A DNA stretch of 64,000 nucleotides from Octopus sinensis (GCF_006345805.1 NC_042997.1:2108001-2172000); one strand, 5' to 3'. Counted from the first letter of the stretch, positions 1 through 14,118 are shown. Notes: a model not told the origin generated them from the sequence alone. Translations and numbers: made by a program.

Positions 1-484
1 TGTATATCAGCAGATTCTTGTGTAAAATATAAATGTATTTCATTACATGATATTCATGGAATTTCCTACAGAAGAAAATAACGACCGAATCGACATATAA
101 ATGCATTTCTCAAATGAATATTGCTTCAAAGATACATTCACAAAAGGCGTATCCAAATCACAATAAAAAATGTAATCCAATAGAGATTTATTATGATACA
201 CAGAAGTAAACCAGTTTAAAATTATATTTATTTATTTTTTGTAAATGTGAAATGAAAGAATTGTTTCTTCGACTATTACATATTGAAAGTAAAATACAAT
301 AAAAATTTGATATAAAGAAAGAAGTAAAGAGAGCACCAAAATATTGGTCAATTATGTGTTTTATGCTCTCTCTGATAAGTAATTTATGATATTTCATTAA
401 GAGAAACGTTCCAGTGCGTTTTATTGGAATAGTCAGTATACGTATACACATGCCTACACACACACACATTATCTCTCTCACACA

Positions 485-500
485 CACGCACACTAATATA

Positions 501-556
<56 letters not shown>

Positions 557-814
557 ATATATATATACATGCATATATTCACATATTCAAATATGCGTAT
601 TATATGCATTTATGTATGTGAATCTGCATCTATTATTCATGCATATATACATATATAATATATGAATATATTACACCCACCCACCCACACACACACACAA
701 TTGTATTTCTATATACACTTACATGCACTTTCACATTCACTTTCCTATATGCTTATACATATATTCATACGTGCATACATACTTTCATACATACATGTGT
801 GCATGTGTGTGAGT

Positions 815-856
<42 letters not shown>

Positions 857-858
857 AC
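485..858. repeat. Compound (CA)n/(TA)n/(TG)n microsatellites
   Basis: Dinucleotide runs at ~505-556 and ~800-855; these generate the YI/CV/HT-rich ORFs in the track. Confidence 0.95.
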
Positions 859-1859
859 CTGATCAATATTATGATATTATATGAACCATAATACTCTTAA
901 AGTGATGGACATTTTAACATTTTATTGAGAATAATTTTCCTGTGTTGCAACAGTGAGACATTCCAAAACATTATATCTATATTTCTTAAATATAATTGCT
1001 TTTGTACTCCATTTACTTTCCTTGCATATAATCTTCACATATTACATTTTCAACATGCTATAACTGGCAAAAACACATATTATTGTATATTATTCATTTC
1101 TATTTTTTACTAATATTTTGAAATTTAATGTGGATTACTTTGCATTGTGTCTTCATATCAAGGCATCTACTCGGAACGTCAGAATAAATATTTTGTGAGA
1201 AGAGACAACGTCACATTAGAAAAATATTCGTTTTCTTTATATAGAATTTTTATTTTAGTATAAAGGCGATGTATTGTATACAGAGGAATATGTCTTATAT
1301 TAGCATAAACTATATACATTAATACAGTATTGCCATAAGTTTCAAAATTTATATTTTGTTTCTAAAATACATTTTGGTTAACGAAATAATGCCAACCAAT
1401 TATTAATCGCACGCAAAACTGAGAAACAGGACATTGACGTATGCATCAAGTCATAAAGAAACCCCTGAAAGGAACGTAAGAGTAACATTCTCTTCTAGAT
1501 TATGTCTCGCATAACAGCATCCCCCACGTGACACGGTCTTTAAGCACTACACATATACCGACTGAGTTCAATGTGAATTCAGGTTCCCGAGTAGCGGCTT
1601 AATTTTTGCGTATACTTTTGCGTATACATCGTCCCCAAAATTTGGGACTAAACAGAAACACTTACATTCAAAGGAAATCAACAAGAAATCGTTTCTAATG
1701 AGTAAGAAGTTTTGCCAGGTATATTTTTATGCATATGCAATTCAGTGAGAATTAAAAGAATGAGTTGTGCAACTATTCATAACACGTTCCTGTAGATACG
1801 TGCAAGGAACTGAAGAAATGTATTGAAATGAAAATCTAAAATTGTAAGTACCATCATGC

Positions 1860-4700
1860 CAAAGCCAGATGAATGGTAATAATTCCTCAAAGAATCAGAC
1901 TAATGCAGCCATCAACCGTCAGAATAAATTCGTTCTTTTGTCTGAAGAGAACAAACCAGCAAAAACTGAGTAAGGCAGTTCGATGAAAATATCCTCTATG
2001 AAGAACAATCTGAAATGCTTGAAAGTTGTGACAGTAACTGACAAAAGTTAAGGAAATAGAATCAATAAATCTGAACAAAGTATATTGAACTAAATGTAAG
2101 GAATCCACAACAGAAAATAATATTATCCAAAAGATTACCTACGACAATATGGATAGTATCAACACATTCCTATTAGTTGCTGCTAAATTAATTATTGAAT
2201 TGTTAGGAGAAAAGAAACGACAGTTGTAGGACCGCAGGTCAACAGGTAGAAAAGGTGGATACTAATAAATATTAATGACATTAAGAAACATAATTTAATC
2301 GGACCAGTTAAAGAATGTAGAGAAAGGTAGTTTATGGGTGATGTTTCATATGAGGAAAAAAAGAAATTAGCAGCTTTCAAAAAGTCAAAAGAGATGTAGC
2401 TATAATAATGGAAAGGAGTATTCAATAAAGACATCGAAAGAAAGTTTTTTTTTTGTATTAAAAGAATATAACTTAATTGATAACTAAATCGATAGCATAG
2501 TAATTTGCCCACTCAACTGATATATACGCGATGATTCGGATGCGATTATAGCGCGCATTTTTTCAGGATGACTCAGAATCAACGCAAAATGTGCAGTAAT
2601 GATGATTTGGCTGCAACTATGCATTTGAATTTTAGCAGCAAGTTTGTATTTGCAAGCAAAAAAATTGCCTTTTTATAGAAATACAAATTCAAGTCGACGA
2701 AGTATGGATTCTATTTGCTATGCGACTTTCCTGTAAAAAGCAAAAATAAAATAGGACGCAACAGATTTACCGTTTTAGTATTTGACAATATAAAGAAGCT
2801 ATGTATTTGAGTTGACGTGGCATGTCCATTTCATAAAAGTGCAAAAATAAAAGGAAAATCTAACATTAGTTTGCAGGTCAGGTATTTTATATCAGGTAAT
2901 TACATCGCTAACTAAGAAGTTCAAAATTTACAGAGAAATACCAATCAAGAATTACAGGAATCGACAAATCTAAGTCAGATGGATTAAGAAAAATCCCCAG
3001 AGAACCAAGAGAATGCAAGTGCCCTGTATAATTAAGGGCATACTATTGTAGGATTTAAAATACGCGTAAGTATAATCTAGTTGGAGGAGGAGCAATTTGT
3101 TGTGGCATCATTGCAGATGAACAAATAGAGATCCACGAAAACAGATGCATAACGAAAGAGACTAAAATCATAAGTGACAGCCACTTTGAGAACAGTCGAT
3201 TGAATGAAGATTACGGAAAAAAAAACATCAATATCACAATCCTAAACCGTGTGGTTGCTACAATAATCCGTAAAGACATCTGCGGTTAACAGACATTATT
3301 AAAATTATGTAAAAGAAAACACTGTATAATTAGAATCAACTTCTTCATTCAAACCAGAAACATTATTTTACATAATCAGAGATAAAGGAAGGAAGGTTGC
3401 ATAAAATAAAATGCTGAATATATTGCACAATTCAAAGCAGAATCTTGTGAACATGCCAAGAAGAAGCAAAATCCGGTGCAAAAAATCAAGAGGAAGTGTA
3501 CATTAAACAAGCGTAATGAACGGATTTAGATTTATCTAGCGATTAAAATGTAGTAGCCTCTAGAGTTGTGATGTATGGTGGATAAGAAATTTATAGGGAA
3601 CATCAAAGGTAACAACCGAATATTTGCCTACCACTTATTTGGAAGTGTCTATAGAAAAGTTGCCAAAACGATGAGGAAGATGATTGAACAATTTATGAGC
3701 AATACAATTTTCTGAGGATTTGTAGAAAGAAAATAACAAATACGTATATCGTGTGGATAAATTGTAGCAAGACTTACCACATTGTTGTTCATTCGTTTGC
3801 CAAACTTTTCTAAATTCTCCAAGTCATTAGATATATGTAACAAAATGCAATATGATGTTGAAGAGTAGAGATAGCAACAGTAAATAAAACATGAGATGAT
3901 ACACGGGTTAACATTCGAAACTTTCCATGTGAGATTCCTCGCCTATATCATTTTTAACAGCATTAAACCCTTGGATAATTATTCTAAAACAGCTAAGAAA
4001 AGATATGAAAAAGTGTACGGATCATTTCCCTTTTAATGAAGATTTCAATCCGTGCTGTTCATACAAAATTCAAACTGCGGCAGAATTCATTAATACAATG
4101 CACAGGTTTTTTCATTTTTGACAAAGGTTAACGTTCTGATCTGACAAATCCGATAATATGGATATGAATTGCGGAAAACTAAAATCATGTTAAGTATTGG
4201 AATGGATCCAGATAAGGAAAGGGAGGATATATTAGCTTTAAAGTTAGAAGAAATGGATAGTGAAATATCTTGAAAGAATCAAGTTTAGATATGATGTTAT
4301 TTCACATGTAAATTTATTTTCGTAAAATGAAGTTGTAGAAATCTACATTGAAAACGAGATATATTCAAGAAAGCAAATTTGGACAGTGTTACTAATAAAA
4401 CTAGAGCAAGAATAAGAGAATGAAGGAACATAGAAAATAATGAAATCAAGACGAAACTGAAAGTTCACTTTACAGTGCGCAGAAGTATGATATGCAAAAA
4501 GATGAGGAATGTGTATACCGAAAGAACAACAAAGGGAACAGTCAGCAGTAGGTCAAGTAATGTAAACGGGTCTGGGATGCTGTTTAAATTACGGTACATT
4601 CTACCGAATAAAGCGAACGGCGATAAAAGTTACACGCCGAGATGATTATCTCAATGAGACTGATACCGCTTCATTTTCTGTATAATCTAAGCGGCGATTA
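1860..4700 (+). mobile_element. Highly decayed non-LTR retrotransposon, R4/Dong-like RT relic
   Basis: Frameshifted RT-like remnants: DSSPISFLTALNPW near 3930-3975 (cf. GDSLSPLLF..ALNPL), HFPFNEDF near 4025 (cf. HLLYMDDL), DNMDMNCGKLKSC near 4150 (cf. DIGMEFGLDKC). Many stops; boundaries approximate. Confidence 0.45.
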
Positions 4701-5559
4701 AATGAAGGCCAGCAAATTATCATATATGAATGAAATATTAGTCATGATTCGTAACTATATATGACATGATACAGCAAGGACAAAATTACGTAAAATAATT
4801 ACATTCCCGTTGCAATCATAAGAAAATCTATTACGAAAATATTCACCGCTTCCATAAACAAAGTAACAAATTACATTAATGGAGGCTGTAATCACCCAAA
4901 ATCTACACATAAATAGATTATAAATAACATTTGAAGACGTGTATCAACCTGCCCTTCAACAGAAGTAAACCACTCTAATAATGTTGAAAACTACGTATAC
5001 ATTGTGAAATATTTTGTAGTATCAAAGTAACTATACGTGTTTATACCGTAGTGGAATATCACTTCTCACGTTTACATAAATGTTACAAAATATTTGAAAT
5101 ATTATTGAAGTCAACTTCAAATGTCACATAAACACATGCTCATAAATATTTAGTTACCAAACACGCACACACACACACACACGCATACACACACACACAC
5201 GCATACACACACACACACACACATAGACACACGCAAAATTAACATCCTACAACGAGGATGGAAATGTAATTATCTGAATAACAGATGCATTGAAACAGAA
5301 ATGGTTTAGAGAATTCGTAACACCAGTATTTATGGCACGACGAAGAAGATCATTAGGACCACAGGAAATATATTGAAGGGCAGATTAACACTGGTTCATT
5401 CGAATTAGACATAAGCTTAAAAAAACTTCGTTTTCCATATTTGTACGACTATCACAGGAACACGAGATGGTATTCTACCCATTATTTACAGCATTTTCCT
5501 TCAAACTTGCGCAATGTATAGGGTGAGTTTGCAGACGCAACTTCTTTTTCATAGGAAGG

Positions 5560-5830
5560 TTACATAATAATACAAGGGGAAACATTTTCAACACCGACCG
5601 AAATTACAAAACATTCAAATATATCCCATTTTGAGGAAAACAACAAATAATAACCGCATAAATTGGGTATTTTCCAAACGGATTGCTCTTCTCTCATTAC
5701 ACCATACACCGGAATACAGCAGCAATGGGAACAGCTACCTCCATGACATCCTAAACAGATTTTTATCTCCACACGACCTTCTCCGAACAACTGCAAACAA
5801 AAATGTGTGTAAACGACTAATCAAATTGTA
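5560..5830 (+). mobile_element. Possible Penelope-like RT relic
   Basis: Reading HYTIHRNTAAMGTATS near 5695-5745 resembles the PLE RT motif Y.Q..GTAMGT; short and degenerate. Confidence 0.3.
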
Positions 5831-6120
5831 ATAGTGACCGTCACACAATATCAATATACAAATGCTAAAAAATACTTTATTTACTACAAATGAAACCTCA
5901 AGGTGTATCAATATTATTGCTCATATTCTATACGTTATTTTGAACAATTATTCTCATATTTGCAGAGTAGAATGTAGTTCCAACGAGAGCGTATAACCAA
6001 CAAATATACTACACACCCTTGAGTACACGCATTCAGGAATCTACATTTTCATAAATATACCCATATATTTTTGCATGCATGCATGTGTGTTTATGTGTGT
6101 GTATGAGTATATGTGTGTTG

Positions 6121-6192
<72 letters not shown>

Positions 6193-6340
6193 GTTTATAT
6201 ATACATATATATACGATTATATATTTGATTTGCAAGACTTTTGATGTGAAATCGAGTGTTGAAACACACATTGTTGTATTTAGGAATGGTCATTTTGAAT
6301 GATCAAAATGACCATTCCTAAATACGACTATATATATATA

Positions 6341-6475
6341 ACGGGAAGCTTTATGAGAATAGACAAAAGACGAAGGCAGGTGGAAAACAAACAAACAATT
6401 GTATTAGTATGGCGCTCAGGAAATATAAATAAAACAAGTCTTTAACGTTTCGAGCCTACGCTCATACTAACTTCT
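6341..6475 (-). repeat. Short interspersed repeat with truncated hammerhead-like 3' half
   Basis: Minus strand reads GAGC-GTAG-GCTC-GAAAC-GTT (helix II hairpin, GAAAC, AACGTT palindrome) but the CUGANGA core is absent. Confidence 0.4.
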
Positions 6476-6855
6476 GGACACGAATGAAATGTGTACCTGT
6501 ACATAAGTATGCATAATTCTATTCACTACAGATCTTCAATATATATCATGCTTCTTTTTGCTGTAGGCACATCACTAGAAATTTTGACGTATGAAAGCTA
6601 GTAGTCATCTGGCACTTATTTTATCGATCTCGAATTGACTGAAGGCAAGTTAGATGTTAAAGCTAAAAGTAATGACAGCTCGCCACCTTTAAACGCACCT
6701 CATGTTAACTAGCCGCGTTTACATTTGTGATAGCTGCATATAAAATATATAAATGATCAGTTTTAGATGGGGGGGGGGCTTGCAGTAGGGGCATAGACGG
6801 GACCTTTCAGCACAATCGTCATTGTCCTATACTTGACTTCTTAATGCATATTGAT

Positions 6856-6909
<54 letters not shown>

Positions 6910-7264
6910 TCAACGATTCACATTATTCAAGGAATCGAATTTTAATAAATAAACTAATTCTTATTTTGAGTGATGTATGTGTCTGGTAATCGATTTGTTC
7001 TGAGATAACATTGAAGATGCCTCATTGATTTAATAATACACAAATGTCTTGTACATTCTTAAGAATTTGGTATTTATAGTGAATTTAACAGTTCTGTGTT
7101 GTTAATTAGTTGACATTGTTTTTCTCAACGTTTGATATTGAAGTTTATTGAAAAGATCTTAAGACAACAATCTTCTTAAACTCCTTGGATATTCGTGTTC
7201 TCATTTTTAATCTAAAAGAAAGGGTATCTCACAGAATTTCTTTGACTCAATTTTTAACTTTCAG

Positions 7265-7361
7265 TCAACAGGCTGTGGTATATATTCCGTCCTGATGTCT
7301 TTCCGCCATCTAACGCACTGCTCGTGGGAATAGTGTTGCTATTTGTCTCTCTATTCGTTAG
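7265..7361 (+). other. Candidate internal coding exon (unverified)
   Basis: tttttaactttcag acceptor and AG|gtaacc donor; one open frame NRLWYIFRPDVFPPSNALLVGIVLLFVSLFV (hydrophobic), closed by stops just outside both splice sites. Confidence 0.2.
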
Positions 7362-7671
7362 GTAACCTTGCGAAGAATGTTTGAATGGATGATCAGAGCC
7401 ATCACAAATATAAATTTTCGTCATGTTTATATGCGAGAAAATTTATTCATATACATATCTAACGATAAATCAAAAGGTTACTTTGTTCTCGGTTGCTTCC
7501 GACAGCAATTTTCAATATCTAGTCTCCAGAAAGGTATTAAATAATCGTTTATTTCACAGAAATATAGGTATAGGTTCAAAGAAAACATAAAAGAACAATT
7601 CACTTATTAGAAATAATATACATGTCAGGTAATCTACATAAATGCATATACATACATACATTCACATACGC

Positions 7672-7748
<77 letters not shown>

Positions 7749-10450
7749 ATATATATAGGCATCATTTATGGTTAACAAGATTCTTGATTCGAATTCGAAT
7801 GTTGGAACAAATTTCATTGTTTCTAGAGTGGGTCATAATGTACATGATAATGATAAATACACACACTGCTTCAAATTCATTTTTTAATGCTTATGAATGG
7901 CTCCATTACCTAAACAATTAAAAGAGCGATTATTTCTTTACTTTGCTGGTTAAACACTCAGTCGTTTGTTAAAGTGTTTGCATGGCAATTCTCAACCTCA
8001 ACAATGACCTTTCTTCAGTCTTCAATGATCTCTCATCACACCTCCAAGTCTATTTCCTCTCAGGAAAGAATAAAGCAGTGATTTATATATTACTTACAAA
8101 CAAATAGTAAAGTTGTGAAAGTAGTGTTGCCTTCTGATTAGTGGAAAGGAATGTGCTGATTTAAGTTTTAAATTAAATGATCTACTAATTCTGTATGTGT
8201 GTATTTCTGCTTGTGTGTGTGCGTATGCATTCCGTCATATACGCATATATATGATACGCACATAAACAAACACGTGCTCGCGCGCAAACATGCAATCAGA
8301 GTGAAAAGAAATGGACCATTCTGTTTAGTTTTCAATTTTTTCAATGTTTTTTCAATTGATTTGAAATTCGGTGTATTGCTGCATTTTTGTATGATATTTA
8401 TGGAAATTAAATTCAGTTTTGCCATAAAATAATAAATCAAAAGTAAATAGTTTTAAAATTCTGCAAATTTTGGGTAATTTTAACCAATCAAGCACCACAG
8501 ACATATTGGTGTCTATTTCCATAGTAACAAGCTAAGGTGTTGTGTCTTCTGCTTACGCATCTGCTTGACTTTTCGTAACTTAACATCCTCGCTAAAAAAT
8601 ATGTATTTTTTACATCAGTGTTTCTCAACGCATTTCTCCTGCCCACCAAACCAAGCTCCACTATAACTTTCCGGGAAAATGTACGCCACGCCGGTTGGAA
8701 AATAACTTTTTTTATATTTTATCTTTTTGAATATTTTATCACAATTATCGAAAGGATTCACTGCGGGTAGGTTTTGTAACGTTATAAAGAAAATCAAGAT
8801 TCCAACTTAAGTTTATTTCAATGTCAAACTATGCTTAATAATCTTATTTTTCAATAAATTTCATACCTTTTTATCCAGCATATGAAAATTTATCAACGCT
8901 AAATAGATGCTATCGTGTCTAAGTAAAAAGAAACGAAAGTCAAATGTGTTAGAATTTTTTCTTATGGAGAGGGAAAGAACAAATTACTTTGTTTTCTTCA
9001 ATATTGTCTCACACTTGAAACCGTGAACTGGTTATCTCTAGGTGTTTTATCATTTTAGCATCAAAAGTCACGGTGAGCTCAGAATAAACACAAATCTCTA
9101 ACCACAATTTTTTTTACAGAAAATCGCCATGATGTTTCTATAAAATACGTAAAATACTTAATGATGTATCGACCACCAATACTAATGTACTGTCTTTAAA
9201 GAAATATTCACACTAGGACATTAGAAACCATCCCAAGGAATAAAAGATTGTGGGGTGTGTGTGCATGTTTTTGTAATTTTTTTTCACATATAGATAAATC
9301 TGACTGCGAAACAGAAAAACGAGACCAATTAAACAAACTCTTTATTCACATAAGAACTCAGTGTCGGTGCGGTATTACTATTTAGCGAACTCTAAAGAAG
9401 GTAATATTTCCACATAAACTGTGCTTAAATGTCTAGTGGCAGGGCTGATAAAACCTCTACTAGATTCGTTAGCAAAACGCTGCTCAGCATTTTACCTGCC
9501 GCCCTAAAAATTCTGCCTGCTAACCGCCTTACAAAGTCATAATTATTAAATTTGGTATGGGGTTGCAATCCTATTATTTATTTAAATTCAAATGCATTTA
9601 AAAAATATATTTGGATCCATATTTTGCGTTCAACGTGAGGTTTAATATGTGTATGCTTGTGCCAGTATTTGATAATATTCTCACTTACAAGCATTTAATC
9701 TCAACATTTGATTCAATTTCTTTTAACGGAATTATCGTAAGGATTATGAAAATTGTTGTTTTTCTTTTAAGCTGCATCTTGATCTTGCTGTCAAAATTCT
9801 AAATCGTAAGCGTTATCATAGGTCGAAAATGAATATTTTTAAAATACATACAACAGACGAAGCGAAAAGAGGCAGAAATACGTGTTTAGTAATTCCACCA
9901 GAATTTCGTCAGCCATTAATTAATACGCTTATAGAAATTTTCTCGTGCGGAATACACATTAGCAGATTTCAAAAGGTATATCTGCTTCAAGTATTATATG
10001 CAGTTAGCTGTTTTCAACAAGTATTGCTTTCGTTACTCACAATATTTTTGTTTTATTTAGTTTCACGTCTAATTGAAACATCAGTGATTTTTATTCAGTG
10101 TTTTGCTATATTAGAGGCTGTTTGATTTTAGTCTTTGCACGTGGATGCCAGTGAATACTTGCTGCTGTTGAAGACCTTGACTGCAGAAATACATCTTTAG
10201 TAATGCCACAATCACTGCTTGTTACATTTCATTTGCTACTGAAATATTTTGTTGTTTTTCAAGACGATACATTTACAAGGGAAGCTTTTCCGAGACGACT
10301 ACTGCCGTTTCGCGGACATTCAAACATGTATCTTCTCCAAGTGTGATATACAGATTATTATTTTACTAGTACTGCTTCTGTGTTTATTACGATGTGTGTG
10401 TGTGTGCATGTGTGTATAAAAAATCCAAACGTGTATACATATATATGTAA

Positions 10451-10690
10451 TACTTTACTTCTTTCAGTGATTTGATGTGGCGCTGCTGGAGCACCGCCTT
10501 TTAGCCGAGCAAATCGATCCCAGGACTTATTCTTTGTAAGCCTAGTACTTAATCTATAGGTCTCTTTTGCCGAGCCGCTAAGTTACATGGACTTAAGCAC
10601 ACCAGCAACTGTTGTCAAGCAATGTTGGGTAGACAAACACAGAGACACAAACACACAAACACGCACACACACACACAAACACACACATAT
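10451..10690 (-). mobile_element. tRNA-derived SINE, 3' half (family of the intact copy at 51844-52268)
   Basis: Reverse complement of the 3' half of the 51844 SINE (ggtgctccagca, aataagtcc, cttagcgg.tcggcaaaa motifs), ending in the (CA)n/(TA)n centre. Confidence 0.85.
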
Positions 10691-10700
10691 ATATATATAT

Positions 10701-12320
10701 ATAAAAGTGAAGTTGTGTGATTGTCTGTCTCCTACGATTTAGATTCCTAACTACTCCCACATTTTGAGGTGCAGTTTCACCAAATTCGGGTAACTTATAG
10801 TCGTGATTGATATCAAGCCCGTCTGCGTATTAGCGCGTTTCTACGATGAGTCTACGATTTTAAAAATAATTTACCATAATTTTTTTCCATTTTAACGCAT
10901 ATTTTTCGTGTGTCGATGGCGGCGGAGTTGGCGTCCATGCTCACACCTGCACCTGTGTTGCTTCTCCCCCTTCTTCCCTCCCTCGTAAAGCTGTGGGGAA
11001 GGGAGTGTAAGGAAATCAACGTGGTAAAGCGTTGTCAAGGAGACCAGCGTTCTTTTAGAACAACGACTTCATGGCTTGATGTCGCCAAAATAGAAATCGC
11101 TAAAAAAGCTGAAACAGATCCACAAATACGGCAAAAACCGCCACACAGGGCAGGTATCCTGTGCAAACAATTTGCACAACCGAATGTTTTAGTTGTTGCA
11201 CAAATCTTTATATATAAAAGTGAAGTTGTGATTGTCTGTCTCCTACGATTTAGATTCCTAACTACTCCCACATTTTGCGGTGCATTTTAACCCAAACCGG
11301 GTATCTTATAGTCGTGATTCATATCGAGCCGTTCTGGGTATTAGCGCGCGTCTAAGATGAGTCTACGATTTTAAAAATAATTTACCATCATTTTATTCCA
11401 TTTTAATGCATTTTTTTGCTATTTTTCGCTAGAACTCTCTAAACATGCTTTATAGTTATTTCCCTTACAAACCCGAGCAACGCCGAGCGATACTGCTAGT
11501 ATATATATATATATATATATATAAAAGTGAAGTTGTGTGATTGTCTGTCTCCTACGATTTAGATTCCTAACTACTCCCACATTTTGAGGTGCAGTTTCAC
11601 CAAATTCGGGTAACTTATAGTCGTGATTGATATCAAGCCCGTCTGCGTATTAGCGCGTTTCTACGATGAGTCTACGATTTTAAAAATAATTTACCATAAT
11701 TTTTTTCCATTTTAACGCATATTTTTCGTGTGTCGATGGCGGCGGAGTTGGCGTCCATGCTCACACCTGCACCTGTGTTGCTTCTCCCCCTTCTTCCCTC
11801 CCTCGTAAAGCTGTGGGGAAGGGAGTGTAAGGAAATCAACGTGGTAAAGCGTTGTCAAGGAGACCAGCGTTCTTTTAGAACAACGACTTCATGGCTTGAT
11901 GTCGCCAAAATAGAAATCGCTAAAAAAGCTGAAACAGATCCACAAATACGGCAAAAACCGCCACACAGGGCAGGTATCCTGTGCAAACAATTTGCACAAC
12001 CGAATGTTTTAGTTGTTGCACAAATCTTTATATATAAAAGTGAAGTTGTGATTGTCTGTCTCCTACGATTTAGATTCCTAACTACTCCCACATTTTGCGG
12101 TGCATTTTAACCCAAACCGGGTATCTTATAGTCGTGATTCATATCGAGCCGTTCTGGGTATTAGCGCGCGTCTAAGATGAGTCTACGATTTTAAAAATAA
12201 TTTACCATCATTTTATTCCATTTTAATGCATTTTTTTGCTATTTTTCGCTAGAACTCTCTAAACATGCTTTATAGTTATTTCCCTTACAAACCCGAGCAA
12301 CGCCGAGCGATACTGCTAGT
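10701..12320 (+). mobile_element. Non-autonomous Helitron-like element, two tandem 820-bp units
   Basis: Each unit ends in a subterminal cccgagcaacgccgagcg followed by CTAG|T (11496-11500, 12316-12320). Each contains an internal A|TC start (tctttatatataaaag at 11205 and 12025) that repeats the unit's own 5' sequence. The ORF track gives identical translations 820 bp apart. Confidence 0.8.
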
Positions 12321-12420
12321 ATATATATATATATATATATATATAATAACAATTAAGGAACGGCCATAATAGGCCATTCACCCACTAGAAATAACAGCCA
12401 AAGCTTCTACCGCAAATATT

Positions 12421-12472
12421 TACAACGGGCTTCTTTCAGTTTCCGACTACCAAATCCACTCACAAGGCTTTA
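12421..12472 (-). mobile_element. SINE 5'-core remnant; probable partner of the 10451-10690 half
   Basis: tacaacgggcttctttcagtttccgactaccaaatccactcacaaggc is the reverse complement of the SINE segment just before the central (TA)n in the 51844 copy. Confidence 0.75.
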
Positions 12473-12499
12473 TATGTATATATCTTAAGTATATAAATG

Positions 12500-12950
12500 T
12501 AAAAATATGATTATAATTAAGGACGCTGGAATGCCAGCGCCAATACACCAGAAGTAGATGTCAAATACCTTCAATGCACTCTAAATTTTTTCTCTATTTA
12601 TAATTCAAGGTCGAATGCGAGGTAACGAGCAGGAAGATTTACAAAGTTTCGGATAATCCCATACCTTAAGATTTCGTGCTCTGTAATAAAGTTTAATTTA
12701 TACTCCTCAGTTAATATATAATATATATAAAAAGAAGGAATATTTAGAAACCGATAAAATTGTGCATACAGATACCAATATAAGCATGCATTTTCCGTGT
12801 ATAATATTTTTACTATTATTCGTACTGATATTCTTATTTTTGCCATCACTAATGATAATAGGATTAGAATGAGGTTTGGCAGCTGATTTCAAAATTTTTA
12901 TTGTTATGATCCTTAGCCATACACTTTTTTCTTTTTCTATCCAATCCAGT
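12500..12950 (-). mobile_element. Possible internally deleted Penelope-like coding remnant
   Basis: Minus-strand peptides ILKSAAKPHSNPIIISD (cf. pre-RT IIKPADK...VI.D) and NSKNIIHG..GICMHNFIG (cf. GIY-YIG N.IY..C..C..YIG); weak similarity only. Confidence 0.3.
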
Positions 12951-12964
12951 ACGCAAAGTATTGT

Positions 12965-13250
12965 TATTTTACTCAACGTAAGGTTTTTTCCTCGAAATTT
13001 ATAATTTTTATAATTTTTTTTTATATATATATACATTATTTTTGAGCTCATTTTTTTGTTTATCGCTCGAAGATTGACCGTTATTTCTATAGGGCCAATC
13101 AAACAAGTCCATTTTTTTAAAGGTGTAGCGTTTGTAAGGGTCTGGATTGAATTGATATATCGGTTCCATTCTAGCAAAAACTGTCGGATGAACGGCAACG
13201 AGAAACTCAGAGTAACAGATTTTGTTGAATTTTCTGCCTCTTTAAATAAA

Positions 13251-13251
<1 letters not shown>
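12965..13251 (+). repeat. HHR-bearing repeat, third copy of the arm of the 16117-16858 fold-back
   Basis: Near-identical to 16553-16858 (+) and 16117-16433 (-); ends in AATAAA then (TA)n. Confidence 0.9.
13181..13218 (+). ncRNA. Minimal hammerhead motif with mutated core (CGGAUGA)
   Basis: CTGT-CGGATGA-A-CG(GCAA)CG-A-GAAAC-TCAGA-GTA-ACAG; the conserved U4 is G here. Confidence 0.5.
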
Positions 13252-13318
<67 letters not shown>

Positions 13319-13600
13319 TCAACAATTGAGGGTAAAATTAATTAATTATTAATCAATTTCACCAAGTATTCAGTATGTAAAGGGACCATTTTAGGCGAAT
13401 TCAAAATATTACATTATATATAAGGGCTTAGTAAAATAAATTACTTTGCCACATACTGAACTCATTAGAAATAGCAGGTAAAGAAATCTCTTTAGCTATT
13501 TCTAATACTTAAAGAAGATCTCTCTCAGATAGTGTTTGCTCAAACCAACTCACAAAGGTATGGGGGAAAAAACATTAAAAAATCAAATGCAAAGGTTATT

Positions 13601-13652
13601 TGAGAACGTACGTTTCTAGATTAGTCAAATCGACATTTCTTTCGTCAGCTCA
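13601..13652 (-). ncRNA. Minimal type I hammerhead ribozyme motif
   Basis: Reverse-complement copy of 14119-14170 with intact CUGACGA and GAAAC. Confidence 0.7.
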
Positions 13653-14118
13653 GAACTCCTTGATTCGGATTTGGGAACACTGAAAGTGGGAGCATACCCT
13701 TATGGCTTCTTATCACCTCTGGAATTCTGCTCGAACTAAAAGTGCTTTCAATATTCAAAATATGCAAGCGAAGAATTTCTGCTCTCCCCTTTCCACCAGC
13801 GTGGGTTGAAATTGATAAACACTATGTTTTATCGGTGAAAACCGGAGCATTAAACAGAGAGAAATGAATTATAATTTCAACAATTGAGGGTAAAATTAAT
13901 TAATTATTAATCAATTTCACTAAGTATTCAGTATGTAAAGGGACCATTTTAGGCGAATTCAAAATATTACATTATATATAAGGGCTTAGTAAAATAAATT
14001 ACGCTTGTATATTTTGAGTTTGAAAGCACTTTTAGTTCGAGCAGAATTCTAGAGGTGATAAGAAGCCATAAGGGTATGCTCCCACTTTCAGTGTTCCCAA
14101 ATCCGAATCAAGGAGTTC

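Noticed and set aside
191-862. ORFs rich in YI/CV/HT repeats (also at 6.0, 7.6, 23.2, 25.0, 41.1, 52.3, 56.7 and 62.8-63.7 kb)
   Set aside because: They are translations of dinucleotide microsatellites, which lack stop codons.
1400-1660. Promoter-like patch with TGACGT, CACGTGAC and a doubled ttttgcgtatac
   Set aside because: Short motifs are expected by chance and no gene start can be tied to them.
8616-8800. cagtgtttctcaac, resembling a hAT MITE terminus
   Set aside because: No partner TIR or 8-bp TSD found.
10910-11290. 126-aa ORF present twice (also 11730-12110)
   Set aside because: Lies in the non-autonomous Helitron-like unit, runs into its repeated terminus and has no recognisable domain.
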